Positions 12,390 through 27,078 are shown, counted from the first letter of the stretch. The stretch is DNA of 64,000 nucleotides from Octopus vulgaris (GCA_951406725.2 OX597818.1:85994001-86058000); one strand, 5' to 3'. A program made the numbers and translations. The notes: a model not told the origin generated them from the sequence alone.

Positions 12390-13090
12390 GTTGACAGTGG
12401 CGGGGTTTGGAGCGGCGAGTGTCGGGAAAAATTCCTCGCCGATTTGTCTAAGATGCGGGCAGGGCAGTGGTACTGTTCTACACACACTTGTACAACGTCT
12501 GAAGATTTCGGAACTTTGGGCTTATGTCGACCACCTGCTGTCACATCTGAGAAGAGTACGACTGTCGGCCGAATCTATAATTAAGATTGTTCCACCGCCC
12601 TCCCTGAATAGGGAAGAGCATGTTTGTTTTCTCTCAGTATAGCGAAAGAGGTAGTAAGGAAGACGAGAGTGAAAGGGATCGTGACAGGCATTTTTATCTC
12701 TAGCCTTTTGGTTAGTTAACATTTTCCTTTTCCACATGAAAAGACAAATAAGGCTGGAGAAGAAATGCCTGTCGCACGATGTGTTTCGAAAAAGATGGAA
12801 ATCTGTAGCAAGTGTGCTGAGAGTGAATGAATCTGTTTGAGCTGGAACATAAAAGGAAAAAATAAAGTCTTAAGTGTGAGAATGTGGTTTGTGGGGTCAA
12901 CCACGTTCTCCACCTCATCTTTGTTAAGCATTCGACTCTTTTACTTCATCGATATTTAATTTTGCAATTTTCAACCTTCATCCTCACACTGTTACTCTCA
13001 TTCGATCCCCGACCCCTTGTCTGTCTGTCTGTCTGTCTGTCCCTGTTTCGTCCTCTCCCCATTTATATCCTGTAATGGCGAATAAAGAAA
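12390..13090 (+). mobile_element. Tx1/L1-clade LINE 3' fragment (old)
   Basis: Peptide CLRCGQGSGTVLHTLVQ..ISELWAYVDHLLS..RVRLSAESIIKIVPPPS is homologous to 63330-63500. Ends aataaagaaa. Confidence 0.85.
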
Positions 13091-13432
13091 AGAGTGTCGG
13101 GACAAATCTAACGCGCTAACAACTCAACCAACGCGACACCTGTGTAACAATAAATAAATAAATGAATAAAAGAATGAATAAATAAATAAATAACCGATAC
13201 ATATTAAATGACTAAATGTATTATTCTGTGGCGTTCTGAAAATTAATATTGTGTGTACATTGCTCAGATTTGTACATTACCACATCTCATTTTACTAAAC
13301 TGTCTTTTTAGATTTGATTGAGCTCTTGATATCGTGTAGAGAAAAGATATATTTATAATATACAGGTGGCCCACACTGAACGTTCTAGTGTACAGATGTG
13401 TGTTAAATAAAAATGTACATACCGTTATGTTT

Positions 13433-13812
13433 GGCACTCCGTCGCTTACAACGACGAGAGTTCCAATTGATCCGATCAACGAATAGCCTGCTCGTGAAAT
13501 TAACGAGCAAGTGGCTAAGCACTTCACAGACACGTGTATCCTTAACGTAGTTCTCGGGGGATATTCAGCATGACACAGAGTATGACAAGGCTGGTCCCTT
13601 TGAAATACAGGCACAACAGAAACAGGAAGTAAGAGTGAGAGAAAGTTGTGGTGAAAGAGTACAGCAGGGTTCGCCACCATCCCCTGCTGGAGCGTCGTGG
13701 AGCTTTATGTGTTTTCGCTCAATAAACACTCACAACGCCCGGTCTGGGAATCGAAACTGCGATCCTATGACTGCGAGTCCGCTGCCCTAACCACTGGGCC
13801 ATTGCGCCTCCA
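13433..13812 (-). mobile_element. tRNA-headed SINE family C, full length with TSD
   Basis: Near-identical to 11883-12272. Flanking 13-bp direct repeat TACATACCG(T/C)TAT (13416-13428, 13813-13825). Confidence 0.9.
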
Positions 13813-13879
13813 TACATACCGCTATACATACATACATACATACATACATACATACATACATACATACATACATACATAC

Positions 13880-14032
13880 ATCCTCGTAACTAGCGGTTCG
13901 GCAAAAACAACCGGTAGAAAAAGTACCAGAGTCTAAAAAAGAAGCTTGCCGTTACTTTTTTCGAGCAAACTGCTCAAGGCGGTGCCCCAGTATGGCTGCA
14001 GTCCAATGACTGAAACAAGTAAAAGATAAAAA
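13880..14032 (+). mobile_element. SINE family B tail
   Basis: tagcggttcggcaaaa...ggcggtgccccagtatggctgcagtccaatgactgaaacaagtaaaaga. Confidence 0.8.
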
Positions 14033-14553
14033 ACGAAAGCTATTGTGTATATTCACATTTTATTTAAAAGTTCACAGTTATTTTTCACAGTTCACCATTT
14101 TCTGTTTGACTAAAATATCCAAAATTTAATTATCAAGGCTAAAATAAGATGATTTCGCAATCGGTTAGAAAGCATTAGGACGTTTTATTTCCTACCTTGT
14201 AACTTTTACTATTTTATATCCATCTTTTTAAATAACCTTATGCGATAACTGCTCAGAGATAGTGACTTCTGATCGATCGAGAAAAAAGAAGAAAAAACAA
14301 AAAGACAAAAACGAGGTTTCTTTTTCTCTCTAAAACGCTAAATGTTTCCATTATAAAAGCCGCAGCGTTGATACTAAGCAGATGAGACAGGAGCAGAATT
14401 ATGGTAATAAAATTGGTTCCTAAGGTTACAGAACTAATGCTTGAATTATTCAACAAGAACAAAGGAAAAAGCTCAAGGAACTGAAGGCGAAATCTGTTTA
14501 GATTAGACACCAAACAGACTTACAAGAATAGTATTTCAGTATTTTTTATTTTC

Positions 14554-14592
<39 letters not shown>

Positions 14593-14781
14593 AAATAATA
14601 TATTACTTATAAAAGAATACAGAAGGGAGAGTAATATAAACCCATATAGAGACAACTAAACAGGTCTGTCTATTATAAGGATATACTATAAAATCTGACA
14701 TGTAGATACGATTGTATTAGTCCACATACGCATGCATCGCTCTGAGTGTATATATATATATATACGTATGTATGTATGCAT

Positions 14782-14833
<52 letters not shown>

Positions 14834-14866
14834 GTATGTATATATATATATGTATATATATGTATG

Positions 14867-14919
<53 letters not shown>

Positions 14920-15155
14920 CAACAGAAATTGCTGCAACTGACCAATCAGTATAAGGAATTTTCGATCAGTGTTTTCGGGCGATTATATTCTCTGTCAGTA
15001 TACATGTATACAATTATGTGCTTTGATTACAGCATGAGTGCATTTTAGCTCTTATTTCTAGCAATGTACGTGTTTTTAACACCCTAATCATATTTAGTGA
15101 CAATTATAGTTTCCCTTTTTGGTAAAACATTGCACACTGCTGTCTATTAATTATA

Positions 15156-15221
<66 letters not shown>

Positions 15222-15222
15222 C

Positions 15223-15262
<40 letters not shown>

Positions 15263-15387
15263 ATGTATATTCGTGTGTTCAGCAAGAGGAGACATAACTG
15301 AACTGTGAAAGAAAGGAGTAAATCTTAAACTTAATTCACTGTAGAAGGAGAAAGAGATACAGAAATCGGTAATATACAGCTATTCAA

Positions 15388-15477
<90 letters not shown>

Positions 15478-15478
15478 C

Positions 15479-15556
<78 letters not shown>
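15388..15556. repeat. (TATC)n microsatellite
   Basis: Seen directly. Confidence 0.95.
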
Positions 15557-15759
15557 CTTTTTCCCGCCCCCTCACTCTGTTTCTCTCTCTACACACACCC
15601 AAACAGAATCCATTACAAAACAAGTTATACTCAGTCAACCTGACTATAATGTACGTGAAGACAGAAGAAAACTAAATATTTAGGCCTTTATTACTTTTTT
15701 TCTTAAATAGAGGATACACTTAATCAAAGTTCGTATTCATGGAATGCAAGAAACGTTCA

Positions 15760-15801
<42 letters not shown>

Positions 15802-16654
15802 CTTTCTCTCCCACTATCTCTCTATCTCCCCCACTATATATATATATATCTCTAGCTCTCCCCCTCTCTCTATCTTTCTCTTTCGTAAGATATATCCTAC
15901 ATATAAAGTATTGCTCTCTGACAAAGAGACAATGTTCTTTGATTGGAATGTACAGATCTTTCATTTTTTTTATTGCATTTTTCAGAGGTTCTCCTTTTGC
16001 ATCATTTGGAATGTTTAAACTTATATATGAATGTACTGGATCTGAACTTTGTAAATTTATTGTGTACTCTCTGTTTTTGTGCCTCTCGCAATTCAGGTTT
16101 AGTGCTGCGGAAATTATGTAACTTAGTTACGCAAACCAAGTGTTTTAACTACCGTGAATATATTCTTTCTCTTTTTAACTTAGATTAAATTTTGACCGGC
16201 CACCTACCTGGTAGCAAGGTTGTGAATGAAAGCACCTTGTTTTGTTCCGCTTATTGCCAATAGAGAAAGCGCCGGTTTCCAACGTAGATCCAAGGCTCCT
16301 TCATTGGAATTTCAACAACATCAGCATGGTATGTATGTATGTATGTATGTATGTATGTATGTATGTATGTATGTATGTATGTATGTATGTATGTATGTAT
16401 GTATGTATGTATGTATGTATGTATGAATGTATGTAATTATGTACGTATTGTCTGGTTTAAAAAGCCACGTCGGATGCCACGATGGTTCTAAGGTGTATGT
16501 GCAGGAGGTGGTCAAACTCTGCATAAGGAGTAGACAACCACCATGTATACGTGCAGATTTATATGTTTTACTTTATGTATGTATTTTCATGTATATAGTT
16601 ATACATCTCTACATGCTTATATATACTTAAGTGTATGTTTGTATGTATGTATGT

Positions 16655-17070
16655 AAGGTGGCGAGCTGGCAGAAACGTTAGCACGCCGGGCGAAATGCGT
16701 AGCCGTATTTCGTCTGCCGTTACGTTCTGAGTTCAAATTCCGCCGAGGTTGACTTTACCTTTCATCCTTTCGGGGTCGATTAAATAAGGACCAGTTACGC
16801 ACTGGAGTCGATATAATCGACTTAATCCAGTTGTCTGTCCTTGTTTGTCCTCTCTGTGTTTAGCCCCTTGTGGGTAATAAAGAAATAGGTATTTCATCTG
16901 CCGCTACGTTCTGAGTTCAAATTCCGCCGAGGTCGACTTTGCTTTCATCCTTTCGGGGTCGATTAAATAAGTACCAGTTACGCACTGGGGTCGATATAAT
17001 CGACTTAATCCGTGTGTCTGTCCTTGTTTCTCCTCTCTGTGTTTGGCCCCTTGTGGGTAGTAAAAATAAA
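16655..17070 (+). mobile_element. SINE family A tandem dimer with Tx1-like tail
   Basis: tRNA-like head (tggcagaaacgtt ... gagttcaaattcc). Unit ends agccccttgtgggtaataaagaaata; a second 5'-truncated unit starts at 16888. Confidence 0.9.
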
Positions 17071-17139
17071 ATGCATGTATGTATGTATTTATGTGCGTAC
17101 CTGTATACATACAGGATAACCAAAAAGAAAACACATAGC

Positions 17140-17322
17140 AACAACCAGTGTTGGTTTGTTTATGTCTCTGCAAATTAGCAGTTCTGTCAAAAGAGTTCAA
17201 TAGAATAAATACCAGACTTTAAAATACTAGCCCTGGGGGCCAATTAGTTCGACCAAAACCTTTCAAGGCAGTGCTCCAACACGGCCGGAGTCCAATGACT
17301 GAAATAAATAAACGATAAAAGA
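17140..17322 (+). mobile_element. SINE family B tail
   Basis: Matches 57160-57340. Confidence 0.7.
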
Positions 17323-17746
17323 TATTATTTTCCTAAATTCATGTTATTCTTTTCATGTATGGAGACTTAACCTAATCAATGAATACACCGTGATGTTTGA
17401 TGGTTTATAAATAACGAAGAAGGAAGGAAGGAATATAAAACTAATACGTTGATTGAAATGCTGTTTGAAACAATGTTAAGCTGATTTCTTACTTCGTTTG
17501 AGGAAGAAAATTGGTAAATATCACTGCCGATGAAGAAGTCTCTTCTGGCACTCACGGGTTCCCAGCTGAAATATTCTTATTCTTGGTTGTCAGTTGCTGT
17601 CACCATTAGCTACGTGAGTTGCTTATTAAAGGTAAAGTTTACATTCTAGTTTTAGTTCTGAGAACTTAAAGACGATCTTAAATTCATTGTAGTCTCCTAC
17701 ACCAACTTTACAAGAGACACTGATAACGTTATTATGTTACTGCCGT

Positions 17747-17945
17747 AAGATGGAGAGCCGGCAGAATGGTTAGTAGGCCGGACAAAATTTTTAGTGTTAT
17801 TTCGTCCGTCTTTACGTTCTGAATTCAAATGCCGTCAAGTTCGATCTTGCAAATTCATTCTTTTGGAGTCGATAAAACAAGAACCAGTTGAGTACTGGTT
17901 AAATGTAATCGACAATCCCCAATGTCAGGCTTTGTGCCTATAATA
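17747..17945 (+). mobile_element. SINE family A, diverged (alternative tail)
   Basis: ggcagaatggttag...ttacgttctgaattcaaat...gtcgataaaac...ttgtgcctata. Confidence 0.75.
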
Positions 17946-17973
17946 TAAAAATTTGTTATGTAACAACTGTAAG

Positions 17974-18275
17974 TGGAAGCGCAATGGCTCAGTGGTTAGG
18001 GCAGCGGACTCGCGGTTTCGATTCCCAGACCGGGCGTTGTGTGTGTTTATTGAGCGAAAACACCTAAAGCTCTACAAGGGCCTGCAGGGGGTGGTGGCGA
18101 CCCCTGTTGTACTCTTTCGCCTCACCAACTTTCTCTCACTCTCTCTTCCTGTTTCTAGAATAACGTTGCGATGGACTGGCTTCCCGTCCAGCCGGGGAAC
18201 ACATACGCCACAGAAACCAGGAGACCGGGCCCATGAGCTTGGCTAGGCTTGAAAAGGGCGCATAAATAAATAAAA
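17974..18275 (+). mobile_element. SINE with family C head and different (Meta/V-domain-like) 3' half, with TSD
   Basis: Head and body match family C up to ~18156, then gcgatggactggcttcccgtccagccgggg...acagaaaccaggaga. TSD TAACA(A/G)CTGTAAG (17961-17973, 18276-18288). Confidence 0.8.
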
Positions 18276-18286
18276 TAACAGCTGTA

Positions 18287-18695
18287 AGACGGCGATCTGA
18301 CAGAATAGTCAGAACACGGTACGAAATTCTTAGCAGGATTTCTTTTGGTTTTACGTTTTGAGCTAGAATGCCATCGAGGTTGGCTTTGCATTTCATCCTT
18401 TCGGGGGCGATAAACTAACAATCAGTTAAGTACTGGATTCGATGATATCGATTTACGTCTTCTCCTAAAATTGCTGGTCTTGTGCCAAACAAAATAAGAA
18501 ATGAGGTCGAGTAGAAGAAATGCTTTGTGGCATTTCTTGCGGTTTTACATTCTGGGATCAAATTCCACCAAGACTGACTGTGCGTTTGAACCTTTTTGGG
18601 TCGATAAAATAAATACCAGTTGTGTACTGGGGTTGATGTTATTGACTTACACTTTCCCATCAAAACTACTGACTTGATACCTGAATCAGAAACCA
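18287..18695 (+). mobile_element. Two adjacent diverged SINE family A copies
   Basis: Family A landmarks tttcatcctttcgggg, taccagttgtgtactgggg, aaaattgctggtcttgtgcc. Confidence 0.7.
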
Positions 18696-19769
18696 TTAAT
18701 ACTTAACTTTGGATAAGATCTAATGAAACAGACCCAAAGTCAGTTAAATCTTTGATCATTTTATCCATTCGTTTATTATATTTTTTTTTTGAGACCCATC
18801 CTTACTTTTGACTTTTAAACAATTTAGGTTTTTGGTATGAAAGAGCTGCGATTTTAGCTCATAGCTTTGAAAAAAAAAGCTTTTCTTTATGCTGATAGAA
18901 ACGGTGACAACCCAAGCGTCACTTTTAACAAAAGTCAATTTTTCAGATTTTCTTGATCTTTTCACATGTTGCATCAAATATCTCATTACAGGCAAAAATT
19001 AAACACTTTTTAGTGGTAGATTTAAAAACTATACTTACAAGAAATACTGAATCATATCAGTTTTATTTTTTATGGCTAATTAACATTACTCAATGACCAT
19101 GAAACTTAATTGTGCAGTAAAAGGGTTTAAAAAGTTTTCTCCGTTAACGTCATTGCTTTGTAATGATTTAATTAAATTATAGATAAAATTTGTCCGAATA
19201 AAATTTTAATATTTTGCTTTAACCAACTGAATGAATTTCTTTGTCATTTGCTAATGTTTACGTAGCTCGCTATTAAGTTTATAGCTTCTATAAAATTAAA
19301 TTATGTATTCACGATTTTTTTTACAACCGGAAAATTTTGTTCACGGTGTTGTTATCCTTGATTTTGCTATTCCATGATGCTGTCGACATCGTTGTCATCG
19401 TCTTCGTCTTCGCCATGATGTTGCTTGCAGAGATATTCGTCTTGGTGAATTGAAATTTCTTAATCTAATCTTAAATGAAATGATTCTTTGATTCGCGAAA
19501 TTAAAAAAAACAAAAAAAAAACAAAGAAAACATTTAACTTAGGAATCTATTTAAAACAAGTTTAACTTTATATGTCACACACTCAGAACATTTGAACTGT
19601 ACCCACGATGTTAAATATGTAACTGAGCTTCCTGTTTCGTATAACTTCTGAGACCATCTTATTAATCGTTTTATATAAACCACATTCCAATCTTGCGGAT
19701 TTTTAGCAAGTGCCCTTGTCTCCACGATATTATCTCACTGTCTCAATCTCCTTTCAAACGCTTGTGCCG

Positions 19770-21136
19770 ACAAACCAATTTATCTTGGTATTTTCGAGTA
19801 TGACAAAATCAAGGAGTGTGAGGTGAAGGAAAGCTTTAGGCGAGAATAATTAAGGAGAACCAAATTAATTATGAAGAGTAGACTCAATGGAAAGGACAAG
19901 ATCAGAGCAATAAATATATGGGTTGTCACTTTAATGCGATATGTCACAGGTGTTGGTTGATGGACAAAGGACGAGCTAGTGGAAATAGATCGAATAATCA
20001 GAAAAGTGATGACTGAACAAGGACGTGCTCCCTAAATGCAATGTTGATAGATTATATGTATCCAGAAACAAGGGAAGAAGAGGTCTCATAGGATGCAAAA
20101 TGTGTTTTGTCAATGAGGAAAACTGTCTGGGATGATACAAGAAATAGCAGATTGAACCTTTGGTTGTTGCTTCAAAAAACAGCAGCGCGAACTTAGTAAA
20201 AATGTGACACACCCAATAATTTTTAAAAAAACAAGAGAAGAACAAAGATTGAACAACTGGAAAATGAAAGCAGTGCAAAGACAATGCCTCAGAGAAATGT
20301 AGGGGAAATACAAGGCCAACACCTGGAAGAGGCTAAGGAAATGTGATGTGAAAGGATCTGGGCACCTAAGAACAAGCTCTGAGAACTAATTACACCAAAT
20401 TGCAAATAGATAAGAGTCGCGGATCGCCTCTTTATAGGATGCCAGTCGTCAAAAATGAAGCAGTCTTACATATACATATTGTGAGTGAGTGTAGCAAATT
20501 GGCTCAAAAGGAATACAAAAGAGGACATGCTGACGTAGCTATGTATGTTCATTGGAGATTGTGTGAGAAGTAAGGTATTGAAAGGACATTAAAATGGTCG
20601 GACCATAAACCAGAAGACGTCACCGAGAATAAGGAATAGAAGATCTTATGGGATTTTACCATCCTGTGTGATTGATGTTTCGAGATTGGACATTGTTGCA
20701 GTTGATAAAATACTGAAAAAACAAAACAAGATCATTGATATTGGCATGTGCAAGTGGATGATAAAGGACTGGAAAAAATTGAGAACTACAAGCCACTAAA
20801 AGACGAAATATGCACGAATTTGGGCAATGAATAAAGAAACCGTCCTCCTAGTAGTTGTAGGGGCACTGGGAGCATTGAAAACCAGATTTGAGATATTTGT
20901 TGGAGAAATTGGGTTTGACATGAGGGTAGTACGTGCTCAGAAAACTGCTTTATTGGAGACAGAGAGAACTTTGATATCGATACCTGAATGGTAAGTGTCG
21001 TGGAAAAAAATTCTGTGAGACCCTTTAACAACAAGTTGTTCTCCGATTTTACAGAATTAGCCGAAGCAAGCCGGAGCAAGTGAGGTCTCTGAGAAGTGAA
21101 ATGGAAGTAATAATATTCTGCCAGCTCTCCGCCTTC

Positions 21137-21137
<1 letters not shown>
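19770..21137 (+). mobile_element. R4/Dong-clade (RLE) non-LTR retrotransposon 3' fragment, decayed
   Basis: YLGIFEYDKI; KLNGKDKIRAINIW; VDRLYVSRNKGRRGL; EQALRTNY; KILWDFT; LVVVGALG. Ends in (TAA)n. Homologous to 39240-40800. Confidence 0.85.
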
Positions 21138-21232
<95 letters not shown>

Positions 21233-21238
21233 TTGTTG

Positions 21239-21325
<87 letters not shown>
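21138..21325. repeat. (TAA)n followed directly by (TTA)n (inverted microsatellite)
   Basis: Seen directly; switch at ~21207. Confidence 0.95.
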
Positions 21326-21327
<2 letters not shown>

Positions 21328-21537
21328 TCCTTCTTTCTTCAAATTTTCTTCCGTTTCTCGCCGAGTGTTTTCCGTACACCTAGGGCAGAGAAGCTCCTTG
21401 TATGCATTCCCAGATTACACAGGTAAGATATGTATTTAAAAAATTAATAAATAAATTCATGAATGGTTGTTGATTTCACAGCGATAATGCTCTTCTCAGT
21501 GCATGAGCCGTTCAAGTTAACACAATTTTTTGCACTT
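21326..21537 (-). mobile_element. R4/Dong-clade 3' end fragment (left arm of inverted pair)
   Basis: Reverse complement of 21656-21879. Encodes VQKIVLT*TAHALRRALSL, homologous to 22075-22135. Confidence 0.85.
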
Positions 21538-21552
21538 ATTATTATCATTATC

Positions 21553-21613
<61 letters not shown>

Positions 21614-21655
21614 AATTATTATTATTATTATTATAATGATAATGATAATAATAGG

Positions 21656-22442
<787 letters not shown>

Positions 22443-22723
22443 AAACCTCAAGATAAAATTCCCAATAAAATTAGCATATACTAGCTAAAAATCGACCGAA
22501 GATTGCTAAAATCGGCCGAAGTGGAAGCCCAATACTGTATACTTTGATTTATATAGCAACTCTATTGACAAAAATACGGGTGCATATTGTTTTGATTTAT
22601 GGATTCTGAGATTATCTATATAGCTATCGCTCTCTCTATGTATAAACACACACACACTATACACACGTACACATATAGGTACATACATACACACATGCAC
22701 ATATATATGTATATATGTATATA

Positions 22724-22755
<32 letters not shown>

Positions 22756-22774
22756 CATACACACATACATACAC

Positions 22775-22846
<72 letters not shown>

Positions 22847-23269
22847 TATTAAACCTATCTATATTTCCCCAAAAGTTAACAAAAACCCCAAATGATTTCT
22901 GATTGAAGAACTTGTCCAATTATCATGGTACAGCAGCTGTCCTAAGACTGTTATTAAAGTTTCTAATCTAACACCAACATCAGGTAACATATCTGAGTTT
23001 TATCAAGGGGGTTTCCAGTTTCAATTTGCTGTATTTCGATCAATAGCTGATTATTACCAAAAGTTCATCACGTACTCTGTTCTCTGTAATTCCCATCTCA
23101 TCTTCCAATATGGATCCATTTCTTATGATATGATATCAAAAAATTGTGATGTAAATATGAACTGGCAAGCTGACGGAAACTAGACGGCTTTTGAATATGT
23201 CTACTGCGAGTTGTTGGCGCCTTTAGGTTTCCAGTGCTTCGTAACACCGTTTTAATCAAAACTTTGTGA

Positions 23270-23285
23270 ACCAAACTGGAAAAAC

Positions 23286-23334
<49 letters not shown>

Positions 23335-23607
23335 TAATAATAATAATAGTATGAGTAAATTTGTAGAAAATGCTATGTATTTTGAGGCCAATAAATGAGT
23401 GCATCATTGTCGGTCATGCATGGATGCTCTGTTGAATAAGAATTCTATACATATTTTATTTCCTTTTCCTGTAATCAATAAGGTTCCAGGATATGGTAAA
23501 CAAGATCAAGTTCAGTGTTCAGTGTTTTTTGTTTTGTTTTTGTCTCGCACACAATACTTCCATTAGACAGTCCTGGTTTTTTTCCGTGGAGAGTTTCTCT
23601 CTCTCAA

Positions 23608-23674
<67 letters not shown>

Positions 23675-23678
23675 TAAA

Positions 23679-23745
<67 letters not shown>

Positions 23746-23850
23746 AACTATAGAAAAAAGCATTATTTCGAGATATTAATATCATCCTTAGGGAAGGGAC
23801 TTAATAACACACATGTTGTGCTTGTGTATCGATGATGTGTGTATGTGTGT

Positions 23851-23903
<53 letters not shown>

Positions 23904-24342
23904 ATTATCTATTTGTACCAGGTGCGTGTAAATTTACATGTGTGTGTCGTTGTAAGCGTGCGTATTTGTGGAAACTATATAGTATAACAGATGATGGCGA
24001 TTGTAGTTTGCATATCACATCATCGAGAATTCACACACACATAAAGTTAAGTCTAACTGCAATCATAAAATACTTAGGCCCAAAGACGGAATAACATACC
24101 TTTTTGTTTTGTGTGACTACAAAGTCGGACATTTCTTAGAAGCACAAATGTAGCCTAGCACTCCTACACGATAAGAAAAGTTGCACATTCTTGTGATCTC
24201 CAGCAGGCGGTAGATGGCTATAATGTTTACCGGCATAAAGTTGTACGTATCTATTGCAGAATGTATGTATATATTACATAAGCTATCCTATATACCATGC
24301 AAACCAAACTGGAAATACATGATAATAATAATAGTAATAATG

Positions 24343-24409
<67 letters not shown>

Positions 24410-24480
24410 TAAAATGAGTAAATTTGTAGAAAATGCTATGTATTTTGAGGCCAATACATGAGTGCATCATTGTTGGTCAT
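23270..24480 (+). repeat. Direct repeat pair (23270-23417 and 24302-24480), each with internal (TAA)n
   Basis: aaccaaactggaaa..(taa)n..tgagtaaatttgtagaaaatgctatgtattttgaggccaata.atgagtgcatcattgt.ggtcat occurs twice. Confidence 0.85.
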
Positions 24481-24761
24481 AACTATTGTTATCTCTGCTT
24501 ATTACTTTACTTGGGTTTTGGTGTACTCTAGTCGGGTGGTTTGCCCATGACCCTGCATAATATAATTTGTACCAACCAACCACACACACACACGCACACA
24601 CACCGCTATAACAATAGCAACAACATAACGCAACAAACATTTTCTCCAGGTCCTAACTGTTCACACCACCCGATCGCATCAACACAATCACCAAGTGATA
24701 GAATTTCTTCAGTTATTACAACCCAACAATATTACTGTTTGTGAAGGCAGTGAACTGGCAG

Positions 24762-24958
24762 AATCGTTGGCACGTCAGACAAAAATTCTTAGCGGTATTT
24801 CTTCTGGCTCTTTACGTTCTAGGTTCAAATCCCGCCGATGTTGACTTTTCTTTTCATCGTGTCGCGAACGATAAAATAAAGTACCTGTCATACACTAGAC
24901 ACTGGAATCGACTCCCCCCACTCAACATTGCTGGTCTTGTGTCAAAAATTAGAAAAAA
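24762..24958 (+). mobile_element. SINE family A, diverged
   Basis: ctggcagaatcgttgg...ggttcaaatcccgccga...attgctggtcttgtgtc. Confidence 0.75.
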
Positions 24959-25282
24959 TATTACTGTTTTTGACGATGTTCAAGCTCAGTCCTTTCCAAT
25001 CAAATAGGTCCAAGCTCAGCCCTACTACATGGCAACTTGAGCAAGTATATTCTACTACATCCCCGGGCCGATTAAAGCCTCGTGAATGTATTTGGTAGAT
25101 GGAAACTGAAGGAAACCCGTCATATTAAACTTTTTAATACCTTTTTGATAGTTATATAAAAAGTAACTAATATGATTTATATTTATATTTATACTGTGAA
25201 ATTTGATTTAATCCTAAATTTAATTTTTCCCAGTAAGTTTGGATTTACTCCCTAATATTATTATTATTATATATATATATAT

Positions 25283-25520
25283 AGTTAATCCAAACTAGAA
25301 CAAGCAAAAAAACAACAACGCGGGGACGTGGAATAAGTACAGTGTTATTGGATGCTCATGAAAGGAAAGAAAGAAGGAAGATTTCATGTTTTGAGCGGAG
25401 CTCTTCGTCAGAAATATAGAAAAAGTCCAAAGAAGGGAAGACGGATAAAGAAAATCGCCAACGATACACACGCGGTCACATATTGAAATGACCGGAAGGG
25501 AATGGGTGAAGAAAAAGTTC
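25283..25520 (-). mobile_element. Penelope-type 3' terminus with degenerate hammerhead (25381-25415), abutting (TA)n
   Basis: Homologous to 38635-38808. Minus strand ATTT-CTGACGA-AGAGCTCCGCTC-AAAAC-ATG-AAAT. Confidence 0.7.
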
Positions 25521-25703
25521 TTTCAAAGAGTGCAAGAGAAGGAGGTATGTGTATGTGTGGGTATGTGCGTGCGTGCAGGTCTGTGTGTGTGTGTGTGGTT
25601 GTGGCTGTTTATCTATGTGTGTGGTTGGGCTTAGTATCGTTTAAGGTCATAGAAAGAATTTACAGTAAGAATTTTGGTACGAGTGGCTGCATGTTGTGTC
25701 TAC

Positions 25704-25782
<79 letters not shown>

Positions 25783-25790
25783 TGTATGTA

Positions 25791-27078
25791 TGTCGGTTCA
25801 TTAAGAACGAAATGTCTGATTTTCTTATGAACCAAGTTTGACAATCGTTAACTGTAATGTTTTATTCCGACAATTCTTTGTTTTACAACATTGAAGAGCT
25901 ACACCATCATTTTTAGAAATGCATTTCATGGTGTCTGATTATACTGTGAGTTTTCTATTGTAAATAAGTTTTTGTGAACCCATGGATAAATAAAAAAAAT
26001 TCGTGTTGTATATGAATATGAGTCCTATCGTGGAACCATTGCATTCCAGACAGCTCAAAACATCAATGAGGTGTTTGGTGAAGATGTGGCGAATTACCGC
26101 ACTGTATGTCGATCATACGAGAAGTTCCGGTCTGGTGACTTTACTCTTGAAAATCAGCCCCATGGTAGACCTGAGACCAAGGTGGATAATGATAAGCTGA
26201 AAACTGTAGTGGAAGTAGATACATCTTAAACTACGCGTGAGTTAGCATCAAGGTTTGATAATTCGGCTATCTGAAACAAATAGGCAAGGTAAAGAAGCTG
26301 GACAAATGGGTACCACACGAACTGAACGAGCATCAAATGACATGTCTTGAAACTCGCTGTTCTTTGCTGTCACGGCATTAAAGCGAACAATTTTTGCATT
26401 GTATTGTTACGTGTAGTGAAAAATGGATTCTTTTCAACAATAGTAAGCGTTCTGCATGGTGGTTGGACAGAGACGAAGTGCCATAACACAATCCAAAAAA
26501 AGAATATTCACCCCCTCCCCCCCAAAAAAGCTAATGGTATCTGTTTGGTGGTCCAGCGCTGGTGTCATCCACTACAGCTTCATGAGACCTGGTAAATCAA
26601 TTACAGCGAATGTATACATCAACCAACTGGATGAAATGATGAGTGAACTTGCAATTAAACAACCGAGATTGGTCAATGGAGACAGGCCAATTCCCTTGCA
26701 AGACAATGCTCGATCACATGTTGCACAAAGAACACCACTCAAGTTACAGGAACTGAACTTGGAAGTACTCTGTCATCCACCATATTCACCAGGCCTTCCA
26801 CCAATTGACTATCACGTTTTCCAGGCATTAGATAATTTTTAGCAAGGAAAAAACTTCAAATCTGAAGTAGACACACAAAAAAAAATGCCTTTCGTGATCT
26901 CATAACCCCTTGCTCTTCAGAATTTTTTGCTGCCATCATCAATAAGCTACCGAAAAAATAGCAAAATTGTGTTGATAATTTAGGTGCATACTGTGATTAA
27001 CTGCATTGCTTTTCATTGAGATAAAGTAAAATAAACTTTCAGTTCAAAATCGGACATTTTATTCTTAATGACCTGATA
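25791..27078 (+). mobile_element. Full-length decayed mariner transposon (Hsmar1/cecropia-like), 1288 bp
   Basis: ~30-bp TIRs (TGTCGGTTCATTAAGAACGAAATGTCTGATTTT / TATCAGGTCATTAAGAATAAAATGTCCGATTTT), TA flanks, transposase remnant inside. Confidence 0.92.
25982..27000 (+). pseudogene. mariner transposase pseudogene
   Basis: Motifs EKFRSGDFTLEN..GRP, KWVPHEL, IVTCSEKW, MVSVWWS, LQDNARSH, HPPYSPGLPPIDYHVF; multiple stops and frameshifts. Confidence 0.92.

Noticed and set aside
14960-14998. Minus-strand CTGACAGA...CCCGAAAAC hammerhead-like spacing
   Set aside because: Core and stems too degenerate to support.
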